A stretch of 50,221 nt of DNA from Bacteroidales bacterium (lineage in GTDB: Bacteria > Bacteroidota > Bacteroidia > Bacteroidales > VadinHA17): NCBI GenBank assembly GCA_021163295.1, contig JAGGXD010000213.1, forward strand, positions 1 to 50,221, written 5' to 3'. The translations under genes were made by a program, and so were the position numbers. This document shows positions 1 to 8,469 of this stretch, one piece after another (the first letter of the stretch is position 1; the number at the start of each line of letters is the position of its first letter). The notes under the pieces were generated by a model. The model ran no database searches, was not told the origin of the DNA, and worked only from the letters and a program-made list of their open reading frames with translations.

Positions 1-33
1 GCATACCGGCAGGTGGATGACTTCTAATTATTC

Positions 34-1383
34 TTACTCTTTAGATTCTGATCCCGGTACATGAAAATGTGGTTCCATATCCATTTTACCTAACTCGTAA
101 GTTTTCGGGCCCAGTCTCAGATCGGAATTCATCATTTCATCCCATGTTACCTCTTTGCCGGTATAAGCGGATATTCGTCCCATAATGGCTGTCATGGTTG
201 AGGTTGCAACATTTTCGCCTTCATTAATGGGTTTGTTGTTTCTTATAGATGTTACAAGGTCGATGTGCTCCTGTACATACGGACTAATCTTAACATTCTT
301 CATCTGCTCACCGTTTTCATCCAGCGGATATTGATATTGCCACTTTTCAGTTCCTTCGGGAGTCCAGATTGTATTGCGGCAATTGGAATAGCCCTTTGTT
401 CCACGTACATATTCTGATACATTGTTAGTACAACCGTTAATCTGGCGGCACATACTATGCATATGAACATCATTGTCATAAATAAAATCGACACTGAACA
501 TATCATACTGGTCGCCTGTTACTCTTCTGTGTCTTGCTCCGAAACCAACTGCTTTAACCGGATGTTTGCCCGAGAACCAGTTAACCACATCAAGGTTATG
601 AACATGCTGTTCGGTGATATGATCACCTGAAAGCCATATCCAGTTCACCCAGTCGCGGATCATAAATTCCATATCCGACCATTCAGGCAAACGATCACGG
701 TACCATAATTGTGATTGATTCCAGTAGACATTTGCACCAACAATATCACCAATAGCTCCATTAGCTATTTGTTCATATGTTTTAAGATAGTCGCGCTGGT
801 GCCTTCTCTGTGTTCCGGCAACAACTGAAAGACCAAGAGCTTCAGCCTTTTTAGCAGAGGTCATTATTGAACGTGCTCCAACCGGGTCAACTGCTACAGG
901 TTTTTCCATAAAAACATGTTTTTTGGCTTTTACTGCTGCTTCAAGCTGTTGGGCTCTGAAGTGTGGGGGGGTAGCAAGAATAACCATATCTACCCCACTA
1001 TCCAAAACCTTTTGGTAGGCATCGAAACCCAGGAAGCAATTTTCTTCCGGTACTTCCACCCCTTTGTTTTCTTTGAGTTTCTTTCTGGTATCATCAATTT
1101 TATCCTGAAAAAGATCAGCCAGGGCAGATATTTCCAGGTTAGGTCCTGCATCGAGAAAGTTTTGCGCGGCTCCTGTTCCTCTTCCTCCGCAACCTATAAG
1201 TCCGGCTTTAAGAACAGGTCCGTCAGGTGCCTGGTCAGGGGGTACAGGAATAACTATGTTTTTTGTAGTTTCATTACTACAGGCACTTGCAAGTCCGGCA
1301 ACACCAAGAGTGGTTATAGCTCCAATAGCTGCGGTGTTACCTAAAAATTTTCTTCTTGTGATTGATTCTTTTTTTTCTTTCAT
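34..1383 (-). CDS. Gfo/Idh/MocA family NAD-dependent oxidoreductase, Tat/lipoprotein-type signal
   Basis: TRRKFL twin-arginine signal followed by LASAC; GLIGCGGRG Rossmann motif; ATPPHF and MEKP motifs; EQHVHNLD. Confidence 0.9.
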   Translation of the reverse strand: MKEKKESITRRKFLGNTAAIGAITTLGVAGLASACSNETTKNIVIPVPPDQAPDGPVLKAGLIGCGGRGTGAAQNFLDAGPNLEISALADLFQDKIDDTRKKLKENKGVEVPEENCFLGFDAYQKVLDSGVDMVILATPPHFRAQQLEAAVKAKKHVFMEKPVAVDPVGARSIMTSAKKAEALGLSVVAGTQRRHQRDYLKTYEQIANGAIGDIVGANVYWNQSQLWYRDRLPEWSDMEFMIRDWVNWIWLSGDHITEQHVHNLDVVNWFSGKHPVKAVGFGARHRRVTGDQYDMFSVDFIYDNDVHMHSMCRQINGCTNNVSEYVRGTKGYSNCRNTIWTPEGTEKWQYQYPLDENGEQMKNVKISPYVQEHIDLVTSIRNNKPINEGENVATSTMTAIMGRISAYTGKEVTWDEMMNSDLRLGPKTYELGKMDMEPHFHVPGSESKE

Positions 1384-1415
1384 AAGTTGGTGAATTTTGA
1401 ATTATTTATTTGTAA

Positions 1416-2936
1416 TTATTTAATATTACCCTCTCCCTCACATACTACCCTGAATCCTACATGGTTACAGTCGGAATACCACCAGATGCTTTTTGGCATC
1501 TGGGGATCTGTCATTAACCATTTATCAGTTTTTGTATAATCTCTTGATGCATTTCTAACATTTTCAGCACTGCTTTTAAATGATCCCCCTCTGATAACAT
1601 GTTCGGTTCCTTTTTCAGGACCAGTGGGATTGATAAGAGTATCTTTCTTATATTGTTTATAAGCATCTGGTGCGTACCAATCGAGACAGAATTCTGCTAT
1701 ATTGCCAGCCATATTTTGCAAACCAAACGGATTGGCTTTTACTTCGCCGGATTCAATGGTTTTACCAATTTCTGATCCTATAAAGTTAATATATTGATAT
1801 ATTTCATCACTGTTTTTTGAAAATATTTTACCAAAAACCCCTTTTTTCTTGAAATCTTTTGGTTTACCCTCAAAAAAATAAGAACCTGTTGTTTCTCCCC
1901 GGCAGGCATATTCCCATTCGGCCTCAGTTGGAAGCCGGTATTTTTTCCCGGTTACTTTTGACAACCATTTGCAGTATGTTTCAGCAGCATGATAGGTCAT
2001 AGTGATGGCGGGTCGTGTTCCTGTTCCCCATCCCTGGTCGGGTGCTCCCCATGGAGGTGTTGCTCCGGTGATTGCATCGGGATCGTCACCTTGTTTTTTG
2101 CTCCGGTCGGTTGTACGTCCCTCCGAAGCAGTAGCATTGTAAAAAGATAAATACTCATTCCATGTAACCTCCGTTTTAGCAATGAAAAAGGGAGAAAGTT
2201 TTGTTATCCGGACAGGCTTTTCATTTGGCTGACCTGCCTTTTGATCAGGACTGCTACCCATTTGAAATGTTCCTTCCGGAATTGCAACCATATCAAACTT
2301 CACACTTGTTCCCGGGATATATTCAGTAAAATTTTCAAATTTCTCAACTATGGCGGGATGAGTGAAAATAATTTCATTTTCTGTAGTTACTGAACCAAAG
2401 GATACATTCTTTGCATGAATAGCATTTTTTGAATAATGACCTACCTGTAAATGGCAGTTAATGCAATGGAGTTCATCATCATGTTCGCTGTAGTAAAGGT
2501 GCGCCTCATCACCTTCTTTTGATAGTTGAAGCGGGAACAGGTTTTGATGACATTTTTTGCATGATATCTCATAGGTGTGATTTACGGCATATTCAGGTAA
2601 TGACTTTTGTTCCCAATTGAATTCTGAACTGTCCATAAATATTTTACCATAAATATCCCTGATTCCTGTTATAGCTTTTTCCTTAAGGTAACCCTGACCT
2701 TCAGGTGGGAGGTGACAATCAACGCAGTGAACATTTATGCCACTTGGGTTATCAAAATGTGTGGAAAGCTTCCATGACGAATGTGCCTGAGGATGGATAT
2801 GACAAGAGGCACAAAACCGGTCGGTTGAAGTTAAATGAATAACTTTTCTGCTACCTGAAATAAAAATTGATCCCAGAATAAATCCTGTAAATGCTACAAA
2901 CATTGTTTTATTCCAGAATCTTTTTTTACTTTTCAT
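1416..2936 (-). CDS. Membrane-anchored NapC/NirT-type tetraheme cytochrome c fused to an FGE/SUMF1 (sulfatase-modifying factor) fold domain
   Basis: N-terminal TM helix; four CxxCH motifs (CASCH, CVDCH, CKKCH, CINCH); C-terminal FQMGS, RLPTEAEWEYACR, NPFGLQNMAGNIAEFC, RGGS and GFR motifs. Confidence 0.85.
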   Translation of the reverse strand: MKSKKRFWNKTMFVAFTGFILGSIFISGSRKVIHLTSTDRFCASCHIHPQAHSSWKLSTHFDNPSGINVHCVDCHLPPEGQGYLKEKAITGIRDIYGKIFMDSSEFNWEQKSLPEYAVNHTYEISCKKCHQNLFPLQLSKEGDEAHLYYSEHDDELHCINCHLQVGHYSKNAIHAKNVSFGSVTTENEIIFTHPAIVEKFENFTEYIPGTSVKFDMVAIPEGTFQMGSSPDQKAGQPNEKPVRITKLSPFFIAKTEVTWNEYLSFYNATASEGRTTDRSKKQGDDPDAITGATPPWGAPDQGWGTGTRPAITMTYHAAETYCKWLSKVTGKKYRLPTEAEWEYACRGETTGSYFFEGKPKDFKKKGVFGKIFSKNSDEIYQYINFIGSEIGKTIESGEVKANPFGLQNMAGNIAEFCLDWYAPDAYKQYKKDTLINPTGPEKGTEHVIRGGSFKSSAENVRNASRDYTKTDKWLMTDPQMPKSIWWYSDCNHVGFRVVCEGEGNIK

Positions 2937-3087
2937 AATAACAATAAATTGGGATCGTTTATTAAATTCCTGAAAATACTATAAAAAAATAAATTTTCAC
3001 ATGGATTTTATTTTTTAATTAGTAATTTAGGGGTTTGTATTTAATCAATCAAAAACAGGTATAAATTCAATTCTAAAAAATTAAATT

Positions 3088-4578
3088 ATGAGTAAATCAA
3101 AAGAAAACAAAAAGCTTAGCAGACGTTCTTTCATTGGCCGGACTGCAGCAGCTACTGCTGGGTTTACAATTTTACCCAGTTATGTAGTCAGCGGACTTGG
3201 CCACAAAGTACCCAGTGATAAATTAAATGTTGCTGCTGTTGGTATTGGAGGGATGGGTAATTCTAATTTGAGAAACATTAAAGATCAGAACATCGTTGCT
3301 CTTTGTGACGTGGATTGGGGTTACAGTGAACGTGTTTTTAAGCATTATTCTGAAGCTAAAATGTATAAAGATTTCAGGATAATGTATGATGAGATGGGCA
3401 AAGATATTGATGCTGTGATTGTTGCAACTGCAGATCATTCCCATGCCACTGTTGCAGCTAATGCAATTGCAATGGGTAAACATGTATATGTACAAAAACC
3501 ATTGACCCATACGGTTTATGAATCACGTTTGCTTACCAAACTGGCAGAAAAGTATAAAGTGGCTACCCAAATGGGTAACCAGGGTTCTTCTGGCGAAGGT
3601 GTAAATCTTGTGAGAGAGTGGTTATGGAATGGTGAAATTGGTGATGTGAAGAAGGTTGAAGCATTTACCGATCGTCCAATATGGCCTCAGGGACTTAATC
3701 GCCCGACAGAGGAGATGGCAGTGCCTGATACATTGGATTGGAATCTTTTCCTCGGTACAGCTCCAGTGCGTCCTTACAATTCAATTTATCATCCATGGAA
3801 CTGGCGTGGCTGGTGGGATTTTGGTACAGGTGCTCTTGGTGATATGGCTTGCCATATTCTGCATCCCGTGTTTGTTGGATTAAAGCTTGGGTATCCTGTA
3901 AAAGCTCAGGGTAGTTCAACCTTACTTCTTACAGATTGCGCTCCTAATGCTCAGATGGTTAATCTTACTTTCCCTGCACGTCCAAAACATGAAGGTGTTA
4001 ATATTAATCTTAATGAGATTGAAGTTACATGGTATGACGGTGGGTTACAACCACAAAAACCTGAAGGATGGCCTGCCGGCAGAAGCATGAACGATGCCGG
4101 AGGAGGAGTCCTTTTCCATGGTACAAAAGACACATTGGTATGTGGTTGCTATGGTAAAGATCCATGGCTGTTGTCAGGTCGTGTACCTGATGTTCCGAAA
4201 ACAGTACGCAGAGTAGAAACCAGTCATGAAATGGATTGGGTACGCGCTTGTAAAGAGAGTCCTGAGAATCGTGTTGATACTGCTTCTTCATTCAAAGAGG
4301 CAGGTCCTTTCAATGAGATGGTTGTTATGGGTGTTCTTGCTGTTCGCCTGCAGGGATTGAATAAAGAACTTGAATGGGATGGTAAAAACATGAAATTCAC
4401 TAATATCGGTGATGACGAGAATATTCGTACATGTGTTGCTGACAATTTCACGATTAAGGATGGACATCCAACCTTTAATAAAGATTGGACTAAGCCGTTT
4501 AGTGCCAGGCAATTTGCGGAAAAACTTATTAAGCACGATTATCGTGAAGGCTGGTCATTACCGGATATGCCAAGTTAA
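3088..4578 (+). CDS. Gfo/Idh/MocA family oxidoreductase, Tat-exported
   Basis: SRRSFI Tat motif; GIGGMG; ATADHSH, VQKPL, GDMACH motifs. Confidence 0.9.
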   Translation: MSKSKENKKLSRRSFIGRTAAATAGFTILPSYVVSGLGHKVPSDKLNVAAVGIGGMGNSNLRNIKDQNIVALCDVDWGYSERVFKHYSEAKMYKDFRIMYDEMGKDIDAVIVATADHSHATVAANAIAMGKHVYVQKPLTHTVYESRLLTKLAEKYKVATQMGNQGSSGEGVNLVREWLWNGEIGDVKKVEAFTDRPIWPQGLNRPTEEMAVPDTLDWNLFLGTAPVRPYNSIYHPWNWRGWWDFGTGALGDMACHILHPVFVGLKLGYPVKAQGSSTLLLTDCAPNAQMVNLTFPARPKHEGVNINLNEIEVTWYDGGLQPQKPEGWPAGRSMNDAGGGVLFHGTKDTLVCGCYGKDPWLLSGRVPDVPKTVRRVETSHEMDWVRACKESPENRVDTASSFKEAGPFNEMVVMGVLAVRLQGLNKELEWDGKNMKFTNIGDDENIRTCVADNFTIKDGHPTFNKDWTKPFSARQFAEKLIKHDYREGWSLPDMPS

Positions 4579-4620
4579 TCCGGTTAATATATTGTTAAAC
4601 CAAATAATAAAAATATTAGT

Positions 4621-5433
4621 ATGAAAATTAATAAATTATTTTCTCTAACAGCAATTCTGGTTATTGCTTTTATGGTTTCATGTAAACCTGGTGTTAAATC
4701 ATCAGATGAAGAGACCGGGACTGAGGCTGTTGCTGAAGCAGTTGCTGAAGTAGTGGCTGAGCCCAATACACTTACTGATAAAGAGGTGGAAGAGGGATGG
4801 ATTTTAATGTTTGACGGGGAGTCACCTGGAAAATGGCGCGGATACGGAAAAGATCATTTCCCAGAGGCCTGGGAAATTGCAGACGGAACAATGCATATGC
4901 TTGGTTCCGGAAGAGGTGAAGCCGGTGCTGCCGATGGTGGTGATATTATTTATGACCAGAAGTTCTCAAACTTCGACCTGAAACTGGAATGGAAAATTTC
5001 AGAAGGTGGTAATAGTGGAATTCTTTATTTAGGCCAGGAAAATACCGAATTGGGTCCTATCTGGAAAACCGCTCCCGAGATGCAGGTTCTGGATAACGAA
5101 AGGCATCCGGATGCAAATGCCGGTAAAGATGGTAACCGGCAAGCAGGTTCATTGTACGATCTTATACCTGCAGTTCCTCAAAATGCTAAGCCGGCAGGTG
5201 AATGGAATAGTGTAGAGGTTAAGGTTTATAAAGGATCGGTATGGCATTATATGAATGGTGAGGTTGTACTTGAATACCATCTGTGGACACCGGAATGGAA
5301 TGAATTGGTTGCCGGAAGTAAATTCCCGGAGTTGAATCCTGATTGGGCTAATGTTGCTTCCGAGGGTTTTATCGGTCTTCAGGATCATGGCGATGATGTG
5401 TGGTACAGGAGTATTAAGATTAAAGAATTATAA
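4621..5433 (+). CDS. DUF1080 (3-keto-disaccharide hydrolase/hydratase-like) lipoprotein
   Basis: Lipobox-like MVSC; GWxLMFDG, GGNSG, EMQVLDN, GSLYD, GEWN, GLQDHG and WYRSIKIKEL motifs. Confidence 0.9.
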   Translation: MKINKLFSLTAILVIAFMVSCKPGVKSSDEETGTEAVAEAVAEVVAEPNTLTDKEVEEGWILMFDGESPGKWRGYGKDHFPEAWEIADGTMHMLGSGRGEAGAADGGDIIYDQKFSNFDLKLEWKISEGGNSGILYLGQENTELGPIWKTAPEMQVLDNERHPDANAGKDGNRQAGSLYDLIPAVPQNAKPAGEWNSVEVKVYKGSVWHYMNGEVVLEYHLWTPEWNELVAGSKFPELNPDWANVASEGFIGLQDHGDDVWYRSIKIKEL

Positions 5434-5454
5434 TTATTATTATGAATCTATAAG

Positions 5455-5487
5455 AAATGGAAAGGCTGATTGGTCTTTCCATTTTTT
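5455..5487 (+). terminator. Intrinsic terminator or attenuator between the DUF1080 and TIM-barrel genes
   Basis: AAATGGAAAGGC-TGATTG-GTCTTTCCATTT hairpin followed by a T run. Confidence 0.6.
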
Positions 5488-5503
5488 ATCTAAAATTTAA
5501 AAT

Positions 5504-6409
5504 ATGGATCGTAAAAGAAGAGAATTTTTAAAAAAAGCAGGTATTGGTGGAGCCGGATTAATGATTGCTCCTTCATTCCTCAGAGCTGGTCTGATTAATT
5601 CTGATATGTACTTTAAGATATCAATAGCTGAATGGTCATTGCACAAAATGCTTTTTGCCAAGAAGCTTTCAAATCTTGAATTTCCCGAATTTTCACAGAA
5701 GAACTTTGATATTCATGCTTTGGAGTATGTAAATCAATTCTTCAAAAATGCCGGAAAGGAATATCTGACTGAACTCAAAAGCCGGACAAGTGATCTGGGA
5801 ATGAAGAATGTTCTTATTATGATTGATGCTGAAGGTAATCTTGGAGAAACAGATGATGCTAAGCGTCAAAAGGCTGTAGAGAATCATTACAAGTGGGTTG
5901 AAGCTGCCAAATTCCTGGGATGTCATTCTATTCGTGTTAATGCCCGTGGTAAGGGAACAATGGAAGAAGTGGCTGAAGCTGCAGTGGATGGTTTGAGCAA
6001 ACTGACCGAATATGCATCAAAAGAAAATATTGGTGTGATAGTTGAAAATCATGGAGGATACTCATCTAACGGAAAATGGATGTCTGATGTTATCCGTAAG
6101 GTTAATAATCCTAATTGTGGTACCCTTCCTGATTTTGGCAATTTCCGTATTAGTGCCGATGAAGAATATGACCGCTATCTAGGAGTGAAAGAGCTGATGC
6201 CTTTTGCCAAAGGAGTAAGCGCAAAGTCTCATGAGTTTGATGAAGAGGGCAATGAAACAGAAACAGATTTCTACAAAATGCTGAAGATTGTTAAAGAAGC
6301 CGGTTATACCGGATATATCGGTATTGAGTATGAAGGCAGGGTTCTAAGTGAGGTTGAGGGAGTTATGGCTACTAAAAAGCTTCTTGAGAAAGTTGGGGGG
6401 AGTATGTAA
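5504..6409 (+). CDS. Sugar phosphate isomerase/epimerase (xylose-isomerase-like TIM barrel, AP endonuclease 2 family), Tat-exported
   Basis: RREFLKK Tat motif; metal ligand motifs VENHGG, PDFGNF, SAKS and IEYEG. Confidence 0.88.
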   Translation: MDRKRREFLKKAGIGGAGLMIAPSFLRAGLINSDMYFKISIAEWSLHKMLFAKKLSNLEFPEFSQKNFDIHALEYVNQFFKNAGKEYLTELKSRTSDLGMKNVLIMIDAEGNLGETDDAKRQKAVENHYKWVEAAKFLGCHSIRVNARGKGTMEEVAEAAVDGLSKLTEYASKENIGVIVENHGGYSSNGKWMSDVIRKVNNPNCGTLPDFGNFRISADEEYDRYLGVKELMPFAKGVSAKSHEFDEEGNETETDFYKMLKIVKEAGYTGYIGIEYEGRVLSEVEGVMATKKLLEKVGGSM

Positions 6410-6411
6410 TC

Positions 6412-7422
6412 TTACTTTGTTGACAATAGTCCGCATGCCGCTGCTATATCCTGACCGCGTGATTTGCGGATTGTTGTAAAAATACCTTGTGATTTAAGCT
6501 CATTCTGAAACTCTTCCATTTTTTCATATGTTTCCCCTTTGAGTTTTGAATCGGGAATAGAATGGAACCGGATAAGGTTTACCCTGCATTTGATACCTTT
6601 CAGTAAACGTGATAATTCTCTTGCATGTTTGGGTGAATTGTTTATTCCTTTGAAAACAATATATTCGATAGAAAATTTTCTCTGACCGCTCCAGTCAATT
6701 TCTTTTATTTGGTCAAGAACTTTGATAAAAGGATATTTGTTTTCAACAGGCATAAGTTTTTGTCTTTCTTCTTTGAAAGGGGAGTGGAGGCTTAATGCCA
6801 GGTGACATTCACTTTTATTAAGAAACTCTTTCAGGGCAGGAAGTATCCCGACAGTTGAAAGTGTAATCCGCCGGGGACTCATAGCGAAACCCCGGTCAGA
6901 TGTTAACAGGTCAAGGGCTTTCATTACTTCTTGCAGGTTATCAAGTGGTTCCCCCATGCCCATCAAAACAATGTTGCTGATAACATCTTTTTCAGGCAGG
7001 CTTTTGAGTTGGTTTATTATTTGTCCCGATGTAAGATTGCCCTGGAATCCCTGCTTACCGGTCATACAGAATACACATCCGTATTTACAACCTATCTGGG
7101 TTGAAATACAAATAGTATTTCTGGTTTCTTCAGGGATATAAGCAGTTTCGATAAATTTATTCTCACCTGCAGGAAACAGATATTTTTTTGTTCCGTCCGC
7201 TGATGTTTGTTCATTAACCGGATCTTCTAATCCAATTTGATAATTCTCTTTAAGTACACTTCGATTCTTTTTCGACAGGTTAGTCATCTCATCAACATCA
7301 CGAATATCTTTGTTATACAACCAGTCGGCTATTTGTTTTGCAGCATATTCCTTCATTCCTGATTTTACAGCTACTTCTTTAAGTTCATCAATATTTTTAC
7401 CAAACAGAGATTCTTTTTCCAT
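6412..7422 (-). CDS. rlmN: 23S rRNA (adenine-2503-C2)-methyltransferase RlmN
   Basis: Radical SAM CKYGCVFC; MGMGEP; SLH; C-terminal RGQDIAAACGLL. Start placed at ATG 7422 (MEKESLFG) because the longer ORF runs into the upstream pseudogene. Confidence 0.95.
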   Translation of the reverse strand: MEKESLFGKNIDELKEVAVKSGMKEYAAKQIADWLYNKDIRDVDEMTNLSKKNRSVLKENYQIGLEDPVNEQTSADGTKKYLFPAGENKFIETAYIPEETRNTICISTQIGCKYGCVFCMTGKQGFQGNLTSGQIINQLKSLPEKDVISNIVLMGMGEPLDNLQEVMKALDLLTSDRGFAMSPRRITLSTVGILPALKEFLNKSECHLALSLHSPFKEERQKLMPVENKYPFIKVLDQIKEIDWSGQRKFSIEYIVFKGINNSPKHARELSRLLKGIKCRVNLIRFHSIPDSKLKGETYEKMEEFQNELKSQGIFTTIRKSRGQDIAAACGLLSTK

Positions 7423-7492
7423 AATTGTGTTTTGCATTAGTAAATAAATAGTAAAAATCACAAAAAACAAGCACCAATTTTTAATTTTTAAT

Positions 7493-7746
7493 TTAGATGA
7501 TACCCGATCGTCCGGTATGTTCTTGATAAAGATCAGCGATAGGATCGCTTTGAAATATCTCTTTAGTATCAATATTCATCATGGATAGTTTACCCTGCCA
7601 TCCTGCACCAGTATCCATTAACCATACTTCACATGCATGAACAGGCATATCAGCTGATCTGTTTCATGATCAAATTCCGCTTTCTGAAAACATTGTTTCA
7701 GAGCTTTATACGCTCCGTGGATATCTCCTAACACAAAAGTTCTCAT
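7493..7746 (-). pseudogene. Internally deleted metallophosphoesterase (Ser/Thr phosphatase-like)
   Basis: Manual translation gives the N-terminus MRTFVLGDIHGAYKALKQCFQKAEFDHETDQLICL, joined out of frame to the C-terminus MPVHACEVWLMDTGAGWQGKLSMMNIDTKEIFQSDPIADLYQEHTGRSGII*. The GDxxD and GNH motifs are missing. Confidence 0.8.
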
Positions 7747-7753
7747 ATAATGT

Positions 7754-7870
7754 GAAAGTTTATTTGTTGATTTGTTGATGAGTTTATTTGTAAGATTTCC
7801 AGGTCTATCTAGAATAGATATATTCTCAACTTCTTAACTCCTAAGCTTCTAAACTTATACACTTATAAAC
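7754..7870. repeat. Degenerate 8-mer tandem repeats in two opposite-polarity blocks
   Basis: ATTTGTTG ATTTGTTG ATGAGTTT... and TTCTCAAC TTCTTAAC TCCTAAGC TTCTAAAC TTATACAC TTATAAAC. Confidence 0.6.
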
Positions 7871-8456
7871 TCTTCATTTCCACATCACCTTTCAAACCAA
7901 TATCTTCAGCAACTTCACGCATTCCCATAATTGTATCGGTTATTAATTCTGATAGTTCGATATTTAATAATTCAGCTCCTTTTTCAATTACTTCCCGGTT
8001 TACTCCTGCTGCAAACCTTTTATCTTTCCATTTCTTTTTTACTGATTTTGCCTTCATGTCAAGAACGCTGCGTGATGGTCTTACCAGAGCAGATGTTACA
8101 ACTAGTCCTGTAAGCTCATCAATAGCATATAAGGTTTTTTCCATCAGGCTTTTGGGCTCAACATCGGTTACAATTTGCCATCCGTGGCTTAATACTGCAC
8201 GTATCAATTCCTCCGGCCACCTGTTTTCTTTTAGTATCTCTTCAGTTTTTTGGCAATGCTGATCAGGGAACTTTTCATAATCAAGATCATGCACCAATCC
8301 TACTAATCCCCATTTTTCTTCATCTTCTCCAAACTTCTTTGCCATATATCGCATTACACCTTCTACTGCCAGTGCGTGTTTTGTGAGACTCTCAGATTCA
8401 TTATACTTTTTAAAAAGCATCCAGGCTTCATCTCTTGTAGGTATTTTTTCTTCCAT
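7863..8456 (-). CDS. HD-domain (HDIG) hydrolase
   Basis: KHALAVE, LVHDLDYE, SHG and AIDELTG motifs; start at ATG 8456, just downstream of the C25 stop codon. Confidence 0.88.
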   Translation of the reverse strand: MEEKIPTRDEAWMLFKKYNESESLTKHALAVEGVMRYMAKKFGEDEEKWGLVGLVHDLDYEKFPDQHCQKTEEILKENRWPEELIRAVLSHGWQIVTDVEPKSLMEKTLYAIDELTGLVVTSALVRPSRSVLDMKAKSVKKKWKDKRFAAGVNREVIEKGAELLNIELSELITDTIMGMREVAEDIGLKGDVEMKSL

Positions 8457-8469
8457 ATCTGTAAAGTAT

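Noticed and set aside
4717-4762. GCTGTTGCTGAA-type repeat
   Set aside because: It encodes a low-complexity EAVAEAVAEVVAE lipoprotein linker and is not an independent element.
7423-7572. 50-aa N-terminal extension of RlmN in the ORF track
   Set aside because: It overlaps the phosphoesterase pseudogene in another frame; RlmN-like sequence starts at ATG 7422.
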